64,000 nt of DNA from a bacterium (GTDB lineage Bacteria; Patescibacteriota; Minisyncoccia; Phycocordibacterales; Zambryskibacteraceae), in assembly GCA_030649135.1 (NCBI GenBank), contig JAUSGI010000008.1:96001-160000 (forward strand). Reading direction: 5' to 3'. The notes under the pieces were generated by a model. That model searched no databases, was not told the DNA's origin, and saw only the letters and a list, made by a program, of their open reading frames with translations. Position 1 is the first letter of the stretch. The number at the start of each line of letters is the position of its first letter. The position numbers were made by a program, and so were the translations under genes. Of the stretch, positions 27,662 through 37,396 are shown piece by piece.

Positions 27662-30002
27662 TCACGTCCTTTTCCGTCAATTCTATTTCCGAGCCTGAAG
27701 TAATTTCACCGGATATCATCTTCTTGGCAATAACCTGTTCAACAGTCTCCTGTATGGCGCGATTAAGCGGCCGGGCACCGAACTTCGGGTCCATACCTTT
27801 TTTGGTTAGAAATGATATCAAAGAGTCGCTGATTTTAAGAGTGATGCCTTGTTTCTTCAGACGTAAGGTGAGGTGGGACAATAAGCGTTTAGACACCTCA
27901 CGTAAAGATGCTTCGTCGAGGGGATGGAATAGTATCACGCCGTCAAAGCGATTCAATAACTCCGGTTTGAAAATTCCCTTGGCGATTATCTCATTAATAA
28001 TCGTTTCGCGCGCCAGGGAAAGGTCCTTACCGGACTTGACGTATTCAAAGATGAGGTCACTCCCAGCGTTGGAGGTGGCGACAATGATGACATTTCTGGC
28101 ACTCACCTTTTCGCCCCGCATGTCCGAAAAGATTCCCTCATCTATAATCTGGAGAAATAAGTCCAGTACTTTCGAATCTGTTTTTTCAAATTCATCAAGC
28201 AAAAGAACGCCATACGGGTTCTCACGAAGCAAAGTAGTAAGCGTCCCCGGCGTCTTGGACTCAAATGAGCCTATCAATCTGTTTAACGAGTCCGGAGCAT
28301 TATATTCGGACATGTCGAGACGAAGTAATTTGGATGCTTGGCCGAAAAAGACTTCCCCCAAAGCTTTAGCCGTTTCCGTTTTACCAACTCCGGTAGGGCC
28401 GATAAACAGAAAAGAGCCGGCGGGTCTTAACGGATTGCCTATGCCGGAGCGGGCGCGTCTGACAGCGTCGCTCACCGCCTTAATCGCATCATCTTGACCC
28501 ACAATCCTCTCCTTGAGAATAATCTCAAGATTCAAGAGCTTGTCTTTCTCTTCCGGTTTGACAAAACCGGTTGGTATGCCGGTTTTAGACTTGACCGCGG
28601 AGAGAATGTCTTCCTTATTCACTATCCCCCTTCCATCTTGGCTCACTTTCGCTGACGATGTCGCTATAAGATCCATGGCGCTGTCAGCAAGCGGTCTGTC
28701 CACAAAATATTGTTTGGATGCGGCCACAGCTTCAGAGAGCGCCGGGTAGGAAATCAAAATATTCATTTGTTTCTCCAAATGGTTGACCTCCGATTCAAGC
28801 ATTTGCACCAACGCGTCTTCATCGACCGGCAAGACATTTACTTTTTCAAAATGTTGTTTAATCTCGCCCAAGGGTTCGAGCAGACGCTGGTATTCCTCGG
28901 TATTGGAGACGCCCACAATCTGCATCTGCGACGAAGAGAGAAAGGGACTTAACAGGGCCAGCACAGAAACTCCGTAACTATTGCCCGCCGACAAAAAAGC
29001 GGCCATATTCGGTATGACGAATATGACATTACCGGCCCTTTCGGACTCTTGCAGCACCTTTATCAGTTCGCGTTCCAATATCTGACCATTACTTGCCGCC
29101 GCGGAAAGAGTGGAGATTTCAAAAACCCATATTTGTTTGTTGCTTAATGCGGCAGACACTTCGTCTTTCTCTATAAGTTTGTGGAGTTCCTCAAGCACTT
29201 CCATCTTCCCTACCCCGTCGTCACCGACAAGCAAAGCATTGGCTTCATGCGACCGGGACAGAGCAATTTCCAGAAGCTTGGCTTCTTCGATATGGTACCC
29301 TTCCTCACCCATTGAGTCGGAGATTATAAGTGGACGGGCATACTTCATCAGAGAAAATGATTTTCCATACGACCAATCCCGGCCTATGGGGTCTATTTTG
29401 AAAAGATTGTCTTTGCCCCACCATCTTTTTGATTTCAAGATATTAAATCTGACTGACGCGGTCCATGTCGCCGCTCCCAGAAATTCTTCCTCCGTAACGT
29501 GATGAGTGAGAATAAAGTTCTTGAATTCGATATCGGAAGTAAGCAATCCTCCTAGATATCCACGAAGGATGGAATGGCCTCTAGTTAACTTGAAAGAGGC
29601 CGATGTTACCTTAGACTTTCTGTTCGATAAAAAGTTCTTCTGGGATTCCTGGTCTATGCCACAACGCCAAAGTATTTCCCTTCCCAACTTGGCCGACATG
29701 AAGCCGTAAGTTAAATCGCCTTCCGGAGAACCGAAAACTATCAAGGCGAGCTCACAGGCAAATCTACCGGTATCTTTGGAACGCTTAAAATAAAGAGAGT
29801 AAAAGAAACAATCAAACAAAGAGAGTATGAGCCATAACGAGAAAAAGGCGAGACCAAGACCTATGGACCATATTGAAGTAATAGCGAATAATAAAATAAG
29901 GACGGTCTTCACAATACCGCGCGCACGTCGCGGTAAGGTTTGCTCAAGCAGATAAACCGGCTTCCAGGGGGTAAGTGTTTTCTTTAATGTTTCATAATGC
30001 AT
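27654..30002 (-). CDS. ClpA/ClpB-family double-AAA+ ATPase with N-terminal transmembrane segments and a degenerate first nucleotide-binding domain
   Basis: NBD2 is intact ([26 protein letters not shown], sensor). NBD1 has GDDGVGKM and no DE Walker B. Two to three TM helices lie at the N-terminus. Confidence 0.8.
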   Translation of the reverse strand: MHYETLKKTLTPWKPVYLLEQTLPRRARGIVKTVLILLFAITSIWSIGLGLAFFSLWLILSLFDCFFYSLYFKRSKDTGRFACELALIVFGSPEGDLTYGFMSAKLGREILWRCGIDQESQKNFLSNRKSKVTSASFKLTRGHSILRGYLGGLLTSDIEFKNFILTHHVTEEEFLGAATWTASVRFNILKSKRWWGKDNLFKIDPIGRDWSYGKSFSLMKYARPLIISDSMGEEGYHIEEAKLLEIALSRSHEANALLVGDDGVGKMEVLEELHKLIEKDEVSAALSNKQIWVFEISTLSAAASNGQILERELIKVLQESERAGNVIFVIPNMAAFLSAGNSYGVSVLALLSPFLSSSQMQIVGVSNTEEYQRLLEPLGEIKQHFEKVNVLPVDEDALVQMLESEVNHLEKQMNILISYPALSEAVAASKQYFVDRPLADSAMDLIATSSAKVSQDGRGIVNKEDILSAVKSKTGIPTGFVKPEEKDKLLNLEIILKERIVGQDDAIKAVSDAVRRARSGIGNPLRPAGSFLFIGPTGVGKTETAKALGEVFFGQASKLLRLDMSEYNAPDSLNRLIGSFESKTPGTLTTLLRENPYGVLLLDEFEKTDSKVLDLFLQIIDEGIFSDMRGEKVSARNVIIVATSNAGSDLIFEYVKSGKDLSLARETIINEIIAKGIFKPELLNRFDGVILFHPLDEASLREVSKRLLSHLTLRLKKQGITLKISDSLISFLTKKGMDPKFGARPLNRAIQETVEQVIAKKMISGEITSGSEIELTEKDVNG

Positions 30003-30008
30003 AAATCC

Positions 30009-30398
30009 TTAGATAAAGAGATTAATTGCGCCGAGAGAAAAAAGAAACAAAATGATAAGCGGCACGAGCGCCCATAAAACAAACGCTACAGGACCGGCGA
30101 TAACCAGCAGAAGCAAAACGAGCAACCCGGCCGTCATCACAAACGTTTTTAAGACAAATCCCACCATGCGCATCAGAGTATTAACCACCAAAGTTTCGAA
30201 AAAAACTTCGGGGTTAAGCCCTTTTTGATACTCTTCATCAAGCCGTCCAAATGGGGCAAACCAAGTTCTAAAGAGAAGTCCCAAGGAGAAAAAGTGACGG
30301 ACGAACAAAATAAGATTTTTCCAATTGTGAAGTAAATCTTTTAAGCCATCGGTATAATGCCACCTGGTGTAGAAAGGTAAGAGATAGAAGAAACCCAT
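30009..30398 (-). CDS. hypothetical membrane protein
   Basis: 129 aa, 3-4 TM. Confidence 0.4.
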   Translation of the reverse strand: MGFFYLLPFYTRWHYTDGLKDLLHNWKNLILFVRHFFSLGLLFRTWFAPFGRLDEEYQKGLNPEVFFETLVVNTLMRMVGFVLKTFVMTAGLLVLLLLVIAGPVAFVLWALVPLIILFLFSLGAINLFI

Positions 30399-30416
30399 GA
30401 CTTCTTAATTATACTA

Positions 30417-31232
30417 TTAATCTTTGAATTTGTAGAATACTTTATTTTCGGTACGCAAATCGAGGTAGCGTATCCTGTCGAAGAAATCACTTTGGGCTTT
30501 GATGGCGGGGTCGGAGAGAAACGCCTCCAAGTTCGAGCGGATAAGGACGAGATCGTCCTCCCTTCGCCATATAATCTGACCTCCCTCGGACAGCCCGAGC
30601 TTGTAGTCCTCGCTTCCGACTTCCATGGTCAAAGGTTGAATCTTGAGTGCCGCCAAATTTTCTATAAACTTTGAAAGTAATCGAAAATCTTGAATAGGAG
30701 TGAATCTTTTACCCACGGGACTCTCGGCCTGGTTAGGAGCAAGGTAGGCAAAGTAGACTCCATCCGAAAAGGAGGGCGCGGGAGCAAAAATGAATCCCTC
30801 TTCGTCCAGGAAAAAACATTCGGGAGTGCAGTAAAGGGCAAAAGGCATACGCTCGAGAACTGCTACGAGCAACTCCTGTTGTTCCCCTAAATCCAAATTA
30901 ACAGACTTGAACCTAGGAAATTCTCCAAGCAGATTTTCTCTGATGGCACGCCGCGGATAGATGAGAACATTGGCCCGGGGAATAAGCCAAAGATAGTAAC
31001 CTGCAAGCCCGCGTCTGACCGTTTGGATAATTTCTTCTTTATCAACCACATTCTCTCCCAAAATCGTGACATCGGTTATTTGAAAGCGTTCCAGACGAGA
31101 AAGATAGATTAGCCAAGAAAGAATGGACAGGAATCCAATAGAAAGCAGGGTAAGCCGGATAAGTCTCCTCCTTTTCTTCTTCTCATAGAATTCTCGCGAG
31201 TTAAGGACCCTGCCACTCGAAACAATTTTCAT
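30417..31232 (-). CDS. ftsQ: cell-division protein FtsQ/DivIB-like (POTRA)
   Basis: TM anchor followed by a POTRA-like segment (ITDVTILGENVVDKEEI), plus position next to a Mur ligase fragment. Confidence 0.55.
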   Translation of the reverse strand: MKIVSSGRVLNSREFYEKKKRRRLIRLTLLSIGFLSILSWLIYLSRLERFQITDVTILGENVVDKEEIIQTVRRGLAGYYLWLIPRANVLIYPRRAIRENLLGEFPRFKSVNLDLGEQQELLVAVLERMPFALYCTPECFFLDEEGFIFAPAPSFSDGVYFAYLAPNQAESPVGKRFTPIQDFRLLSKFIENLAALKIQPLTMEVGSEDYKLGLSEGGQIIWRREDDLVLIRSNLEAFLSDPAIKAQSDFFDRIRYLDLRTENKVFYKFKD

Positions 31233-31262
31233 AAGAGAAGTATAACAAATCCTTTAACAATT

Positions 31263-31844
31263 TTAGAAAAAAGAAATGTGATGAGGCCGATACATCGAGT
31301 ACTCAAGACAGAGAACCTCGTGTGATGGGTCCATGTAGTTGACTATCCAAGACGATAGATTGAGTGGGGTCAGACGCTTCGAATAAATGCGTCCGCACTC
31401 AAACCGTTTGGATAGAATGCTCTGGATCATGGCGGCGGTTGTCGTCTTACCGACACTTCCAGTAACTCCCACTACTAGTGGGTTGAGAATCGAAAGAACG
31501 TACTCCCGCAGTTGATTGATTGCGAGAAACACGTCGTGAACACGGATATATTTCAGGCCGTACATGTCGCCGTCGGAGACTCTGCCATCGACCACGAAGA
31601 CGATATTGCTTCTTTGTCGAAGTTTGGGGATATTTTTGGTACGATCAAACGCGTTGATGTACCAACCCTCTTCTTTCGGATTGTCTTTATAGACTACGAA
31701 GTAGAGTTCGTTTCCCTCTCTAACACCGCCTGTCTCAAACTCCCTGATGTAGGCGACGTTGAGTCTCATGAAAGATGTTCCGTCACTGACGTTGTGAACC
31801 TCTGCTTCCCAGATGGCTCTGATCGTCTCGATACTTATTTGCAC
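31263..31844 (-). pseudogene. Mur ligase (MurF-like) N-terminal fragment, truncated after the P-loop
   Basis: VVGVTGSVGKTTTAAM P-loop at residues about 135-150. The ORF stops about 45 aa later, where full Mur ligases continue another 250 aa or more. Confidence 0.55.
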
Positions 31845-31854
31845 TTTGTTCTCC

Positions 31855-32562
31855 CTAGGTCAGGTTGACGATGACTGAAACAAGCTCATCAGTGTGAGTG
31901 TTGGCGATATCGTGTCCGCCGCCCTCGATGACGTGGAGTTTGTGGTGGCTCTTGCGCGAAGCAAGAAAATCCTTTACCGACTCAAGCGGAGTAGCAGAAT
32001 CCTTCTCTCCGTAGATCAGGACGAGTTCGTCCGACACTTTCAGCAGGTCCTCTCTGAGATCGAGACCGACGATGTTGCGGTAGGTTTCTCTCATCACGGG
32101 ACTGGCCTTAGTGTAGTAGGGATTTCTCACCACGCTCGTAAGATAGAAGTCTCTGGCAAGTACAATGAGTCTTTCCGGCAGGATGGCTTTGAGCCAACCG
32201 ATCGAGACACTCTTTTTCTCGTACCGGCGAAGAATGGCTGGGGAGACGAGAAAGGTCTTGACTGTCTTGTTGCCCGAGACTGCCTTCCAGTGAAGCAAAA
32301 TCGCTCCGCCGAAAGAGTATCCGAGCACGATGTCCGGTTTCTCCCTCTGTATAACCCGATCTAAATACCGGCTAAAATCAGAAAGAACCCATGGGTGTTC
32401 TGGTTCTTTCTCCCCGCAGAATCCGGGAAGATTGAAGCGAACAACCTCAAAGTATGTCGAGAGTTCTTCCACGAAGCGTGAGCGATTGCTCCACGCATCC
32501 GTGCATCCAGACGATGTATAGTTATCGTGATTCCAACCGTGGACAAGGAGAATCTTTTTCAT
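31855..32562 (-). CDS. alpha/beta-hydrolase fold protein
   Basis: LLVHGW, GYSFGG nucleophile elbow, C-terminal His. Confidence 0.6.
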   Translation of the reverse strand: MKKILLVHGWNHDNYTSSGCTDAWSNRSRFVEELSTYFEVVRFNLPGFCGEKEPEHPWVLSDFSRYLDRVIQREKPDIVLGYSFGGAILLHWKAVSGNKTVKTFLVSPAILRRYEKKSVSIGWLKAILPERLIVLARDFYLTSVVRNPYYTKASPVMRETYRNIVGLDLREDLLKVSDELVLIYGEKDSATPLESVKDFLASRKSHHKLHVIEGGGHDIANTHTDELVSVIVNLT

Positions 32563-32654
32563 GTTTTCACCTTTCGTGGGTTTGTTGTTAAGGATCTGAT
32601 GTCTGCAGTGGACACTACATTAAATAAATACATTCGTCAAGATAGTGTTCTTTT

Positions 32655-33923
32655 TTATTTCCTTATTTCAGAGAGTCCGTTCATATAGGGCACCAGTACC
32701 TCGGGAATCCTGATGGAACCATCAGCCTGTTGAAAATTCTCAATCAGAGAAACCAGAATGCGCGGAGTGGGCGCAGCAGTGGCGTTGAGTGAGTGGGCGT
32801 ATTTAATTTTGCCGTCATCATCTTTATATCGAGTGTTGAATCTTCTGGTTTGGAAGTCATGATAGTACGATGCGCTGGCAATCTCTCTGTACCTGCCTTC
32901 TTTGGGCACCCAGAGTTCGGTATCATAAGATTTGACGTGAGCACCCTTGAGGTCGCCGGTACATATCGCTAGCTGTTGATACGGAATACCGAGTGACTCG
33001 ATAAACTCTTCCATATTTCTGTTTAGTTCTTCATGGAACTTCACGGACTCTTCGTGGCTTGCCTCACACAAAATAAGTTGTTCCAGTTTGAAAAACTCAT
33101 TGACCCGAATCAAACCTTTTACATCTTTTGAATAGCTGCCGGCTTCGCGGCGATAACACGGCGAAAACGCCAGATACCTCTTTGGCAACTCTGCCTTGTC
33201 GAGAATCTCTTCCGCATGATAGGCCATCATCGGCACTTCGGCCGTGCCGGCCAGATAATCACCGTCTTGAGTTTGATAAATGTCTTCGGCTCCTCCCGGC
33301 AAGTGACCGGTACCGTAGAAGAAATTTTTATGAACAATCGCTGGGGCAATGAATGGCGTAAAGTTTTTTCGCAGGAAGAAGTGTTGCGCATAATTCCAGA
33401 TTGCCCAAGAGAGCATGGCTCCAGCATTTTTCAAAAAGTAGCCCCGAAAGCCGTGCACCTTGACTCCCCTTTCAAAATCAACCATATCGAGTCCAATCAT
33501 GAGCTCGGTATGATCTTTAGGCTCAAAGTCGAACTTAGGCTTGTCACCCCAAGTTTTGATTACAACATTTTCTTCTTCGCTTGCGCCTTCGGGAACAGAA
33601 GCATCCGGCACGTTAGGGACAGAGAGCATCAGTCCCTGCCATTCATGCATCACTTCCTTTAATGCCTCTTCCTCTCGCCCAAGCTCTACCTTCAGCACTT
33701 TCATCTTTTCCAAAATATTGTCGCGTTCTTCGGAATTTGCCTTAACTATTGCGTTGTTAGCCACCTTCTGTTCAGCTCGCTTCTCTTCCACTTTGCCTAA
33801 GAGCTTTTTACGCTTGTCATCGACTGCGATAAGTCTATCGATATCGCATTCGATATGTTTCTTTTTAGCCGCGAGTTCGACTAGTTCTCTATTTTCCCTA
33901 ATAAACTTAATATCAAGCATAAT
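32655..33923 (-). CDS. serS: seryl-tRNA synthetase
   Basis: MLDIKFIRENRELV start, class II motifs; 423 aa. Confidence 0.95.
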   Translation of the reverse strand: MMLDIKFIRENRELVELAAKKKHIECDIDRLIAVDDKRKKLLGKVEEKRAEQKVANNAIVKANSEERDNILEKMKVLKVELGREEEALKEVMHEWQGLMLSVPNVPDASVPEGASEEENVVIKTWGDKPKFDFEPKDHTELMIGLDMVDFERGVKVHGFRGYFLKNAGAMLSWAIWNYAQHFFLRKNFTPFIAPAIVHKNFFYGTGHLPGGAEDIYQTQDGDYLAGTAEVPMMAYHAEEILDKAELPKRYLAFSPCYRREAGSYSKDVKGLIRVNEFFKLEQLILCEASHEESVKFHEELNRNMEEFIESLGIPYQQLAICTGDLKGAHVKSYDTELWVPKEGRYREIASASYYHDFQTRRFNTRYKDDDGKIKYAHSLNATAAPTPRILVSLIENFQQADGSIRIPEVLVPYMNGLSEIRK

Positions 33924-33942
33924 ACGATACAATATTATCATA

Positions 33943-34800
33943 ATGATTCGTGAACTTCTCCCACCTGATTTCCCCGCACTTCTCAAAGAAATTCCTGACG
34001 CCCCGCAACGGCTTCGTTACGAAGGCATGTTACCGAAAGATGGCAATAAGCTTTTGGCTGTCGTCGGTTCAAGAAAGTACTCGAGCTATGGCAGAGAATC
34101 ATGCGAGTCTATTATCTCCGGACTGTCCGGTTCTCCCATCACAATCGTCTCCGGCTTGGCACTCGGTATCGATTCTATAGCCCACCGCGCCGCTCTGCGC
34201 GCTGGCCTCCAGACTATCGCCATCCCGGGCTCCGGTCTTGATAGGAAAGTCTTACACCCCCACTCACATGTTAATCTCGCGGAAGAAATTATCGAAAATG
34301 GTGGCGGACTCATTTCGGAATACGACGATACGATGCCAAGTGGCGCGTGGGCCTTCCCAAGAAGAAACAGAATCATGGCTGGGATGTGCCACGCCACTAT
34401 CGTCATCGAAGCGGAGAAGCGTTCTGGGACTCTCATAACTTCACGGCTCGCCACAGAATATAACCGTGAAGTTGGTTGCGTTCCCGGCCCAATTGATTCT
34501 CCCACTTCCGATGGGCCGCATATGCTTATCCGCCTCGGCGCCGCACTCATCCGAGATGCCAATGATGTACTGGAACTTCTAGGACTCCAGAGAAAGGACG
34601 AGAACCTAACACTCGTAGATATAGAAGAGCTAAGTGATGAAGAGAAAATTTTTATAAAAATCTTAGAGGAACCATGTTCACGCGATGAACTTATCCGTAA
34701 ATCACAACTCGATATCGGCAACGCTAGCGCTACTTTGTCACTTCTGGAGATTAAGGGTTTAATTAGCGAAGAACTGGGTGAAGTACGAAAGACGTTTTAA
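33943..34800 (+). CDS. dprA: DNA-processing protein DprA/Smf
   Basis: LAVVGSRKYSSYG...IVSGLALGIDSIAHRAAL...GSGLD. Start at MIRELL. The 5' part of the 419-aa ORF is antisense to serS and is rejected. Confidence 0.85.
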   Translation: MIRELLPPDFPALLKEIPDAPQRLRYEGMLPKDGNKLLAVVGSRKYSSYGRESCESIISGLSGSPITIVSGLALGIDSIAHRAALRAGLQTIAIPGSGLDRKVLHPHSHVNLAEEIIENGGGLISEYDDTMPSGAWAFPRRNRIMAGMCHATIVIEAEKRSGTLITSRLATEYNREVGCVPGPIDSPTSDGPHMLIRLGAALIRDANDVLELLGLQRKDENLTLVDIEELSDEEKIFIKILEEPCSRDELIRKSQLDIGNASATLSLLEIKGLISEELGEVRKTF

Positions 34801-34823
34801 ATATTTCAATTCGCATATTTTCC

Positions 34824-34852
34824 TTGACATTATTGACACGATATGTTATGCT
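34824..34852 (+). promoter_or_regulatory. putative promoter TTGACA-N17-TATGCT upstream of the small GC-rich gene
   Basis: Sequence match only. Confidence 0.3.
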
Positions 34853-34870
34853 TCTCGCAGGAGGTGTGTT

Positions 34871-35098
34871 ATGGAGTCAATCATCACGGCCATCATGATT
34901 CTCCTTGTTGTGCTATGCACGATCCTCACATTCGACAGATGGCTGACTGCTATCCTGTCGGTCGGAGGACTCGCGCTCTACGTGGCCTCGTGGCCTGCCG
35001 AGAGCGTGTGGGGTAGCTGGCCAGCGATGCTGGTCTGGGCCGTCGGTATTCTAATGTGGTTCACAGCGGTCCGCATGTGCATGTCATCAACGGACTGA
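34871..35098 (+). CDS. hypothetical small membrane protein (75 aa), GC-richer than surroundings
   Basis: Perfect SD GGAGGTGtgttATG, two TM, own terminator. Confidence 0.55.
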   Translation: MESIITAIMILLVVLCTILTFDRWLTAILSVGGLALYVASWPAESVWGSWPAMLVWAVGILMWFTAVRMCMSSTD

Positions 35099-35112
35099 GC
35101 AGATTCCACTGC

Positions 35113-35150
35113 TCCCCGCCTCGTCGCAAGATTTGGCGGGTTTTCGTTTT
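35113..35150 (+). terminator. hairpin CCCCGCC...GGCGGG + TTTTCGTTTT
   Basis: Inverted repeat followed by a T-run, 15 nt after the stop. Confidence 0.5.
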
Positions 35151-35188
35151 ATAATTTGCAAATAAAAAGTTTCTGTAGTATTTGTTAG

Positions 35189-37396
35189 GTGATGCGTTTA
35201 CTTATAGTAGAGTCGCCGTCGAAAGCCAAGACTATCGAGAAATATCTTGGTAAAGATTTTCGCGTGGTCGCGTCCGTCGGGCATATTCGCGACCTTCCCA
35301 AATCAAATAAGGCGGCTATTGATGTACCGGGTGGCTTCATACCGCACTACGAAGTGGTGAAGGGAAAAGAAAGAGTGATTTCGGAAATTAAGTCATTGTC
35401 CAAAAAAGCCGACGAAGTCTTGCTCGCGACCGACCCAGACCGCGAAGGTGAGGCTATTGCTTGGCATGTCGAGCAGGCGGTTGGATTGAAGTCTCCGAAA
35501 CGTATTGTCTTCTATGAGATAACCAAAGAAGCCGTAGAAGAAGCGCTCGAACATCCCCGAGAAATTGACACCAACCTTCGGGAAGCACAGGAAGCAAGGA
35601 GGGTTTTGGACCGTTTGGTCGGCTATGACCTTTCCGGACTAATCTGGAAAAAGGTGCGTTACGGTCTGTCCGCCGGCAGAGTGCAATCCCCCGCTCTGCG
35701 CATCGTAATGGAGCGCGAGCGCGAAATACGCGCCTTTCTACCGGTCACTTTCTGGACTATTACTGCCAATCTCGAAGATAAATCTAAAAATAATCTGGTT
35801 TTCGTCTGTTCCCAAGAACCAAATAAAAAAGAGGATGTAGAAAATATCATTAATTCTGCCAAGGTCTCCCCTTGGCAAGTTACGGACATCAAGGAAACCA
35901 AAGTGGCGCGCGCTCCGCGCGCGCCCTTCATCACCTCGACCTTGCAACAGACAGCAAGTTCTCGCCTTGGCATGGCACCCTCTCGCTCTATGTACTTTGC
36001 CCAGAGACTTTACGAAGCCGGACACATTACTTATATGCGTACCGACTCCACCAATCTTGGTGGTGCGGCGCGCAAAGAAATAGAGGAGGTGGTGAAGAAA
36101 AAATACGGAGCGAATTATTTTGAATCGCACGTCTTTGCGAAAAAATCTAAAAACGCACAAGAAGCTCACGAAGCCATTCGGCCAACGCACATGAATGTAG
36201 AAACGGCTGGGGCGACAGATGGGGAGAAAAAACTTTACCAACTAATCTGGCAGAGAACCATCTCAAGCCAAATGAAACCGGCGGAAGTCATGCGGACCAA
36301 AGTCGTGGCCAACACAGAGGTTAAACCTCTGGGATTGGAGTCCGGAGGTTTAACCTCTGGGGAAATGCCGGACTTCTGGCTCAATGGCTCGCGCATTATC
36401 TTTGACGGCTGGCTTAAGGCCGACCCACGCTCGGCTAGTGAGGATATTATCTTGCCGAAAATCTTGACAGGCGACCCGCTCAAGCTCTTGAATATAAGCT
36501 CGGAAGAAAAGCTAACCGAACCGCCCGCTCGATATTCCGAAGCAGGATTAATTAAAGAACTTGAAAAACGCGGCATCGGCCGACCGTCGACCTATGCTTC
36601 CATTATCAAGACACTTGACGACCGTGGCTATGTGGAAAAAAGGGCTAAAGCCCTTTTCCCCACCGACACAGGTGAAGTGGTCAGCTCATTTCTCGAAGAG
36701 CATTTCCCTACCTATATCAGTGATTCCTTCACTGCGGAAATGGAGGACGAGCTGGACGACATCGCCAACGGTACGCGCACATATAAGAAAACTCTGGCTG
36801 ATTTTTATACGCCATTTTCAAAAGAAGTAAAAGAGCGAGATAAAGTCGCCAAAATCACTAACCTAGGCAAAGCGCCAGCGGACTTGAAGTGCCCCGTCTG
36901 CGGAGCTAACATGATTATCAAGCTCGGCAAGAGCGGTAAGTTCTTGTCCTGCGAGAAGTACCCGGAATGCCAAGGGGCACGCACCATGGAAGGCAAGGAG
37001 CTTGAAGGGCCTAAAGATACCGGAGAAATATGCCCTAAGTGCGGCAAGGGTAATCTGGTCACTCGGGAAGGCAAGTTCGGCATGTTCACGGCTTGTTCGC
37101 GTTTCCCCAAGTGCAAGTTTGTCAAAAAAGATGAGGAGCAAGAGAAAGCAAACTCCACCGGTGTAAAATGTCCCGTATGTAAAACTGGTTTTCTGTCGGA
37201 ACGGCGCGGCCGCTTCGGAATATTCTACAGCTGCTCAAACTATCCCGACTGTAAGTATGCCATCAATGCTAAGCCTACCGGTGAGACCTGCAAACTCTGT
37301 GGTAGTTTGATGATGGAAGGTACGAAAACTATTCCGGAGAGATGTTCAGATAAAAAATGTCCCAATCACAACCCACACAAAATCAATCAGACCTAG
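35189..37396 (+). CDS. topA: DNA topoisomerase I with C-terminal zinc ribbons
   Basis: MRLLIVESPSKAKTIEKYLG Toprim; catalytic Tyr region; 3 CxxC...CxxC ribbons. Confidence 0.97.
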   Translation: MMRLLIVESPSKAKTIEKYLGKDFRVVASVGHIRDLPKSNKAAIDVPGGFIPHYEVVKGKERVISEIKSLSKKADEVLLATDPDREGEAIAWHVEQAVGLKSPKRIVFYEITKEAVEEALEHPREIDTNLREAQEARRVLDRLVGYDLSGLIWKKVRYGLSAGRVQSPALRIVMEREREIRAFLPVTFWTITANLEDKSKNNLVFVCSQEPNKKEDVENIINSAKVSPWQVTDIKETKVARAPRAPFITSTLQQTASSRLGMAPSRSMYFAQRLYEAGHITYMRTDSTNLGGAARKEIEEVVKKKYGANYFESHVFAKKSKNAQEAHEAIRPTHMNVETAGATDGEKKLYQLIWQRTISSQMKPAEVMRTKVVANTEVKPLGLESGGLTSGEMPDFWLNGSRIIFDGWLKADPRSASEDIILPKILTGDPLKLLNISSEEKLTEPPARYSEAGLIKELEKRGIGRPSTYASIIKTLDDRGYVEKRAKALFPTDTGEVVSSFLEEHFPTYISDSFTAEMEDELDDIANGTRTYKKTLADFYTPFSKEVKERDKVAKITNLGKAPADLKCPVCGANMIIKLGKSGKFLSCEKYPECQGARTMEGKELEGPKDTGEICPKCGKGNLVTREGKFGMFTACSRFPKCKFVKKDEEQEKANSTGVKCPVCKTGFLSERRGRFGIFYSCSNYPDCKYAINAKPTGETCKLCGSLMMEGTKTIPERCSDKKCPNHNPHKINQT

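Noticed and set aside
33541-33942. N-terminal 134 aa of the 419-aa ORF containing dprA
   Set aside because: Ser-rich antisense translation of serS. DprA homology begins at MIRELL (33943).
34086-34721. 211-aa minus-strand ORF inside dprA
   Set aside because: Ser-rich antisense artefact.
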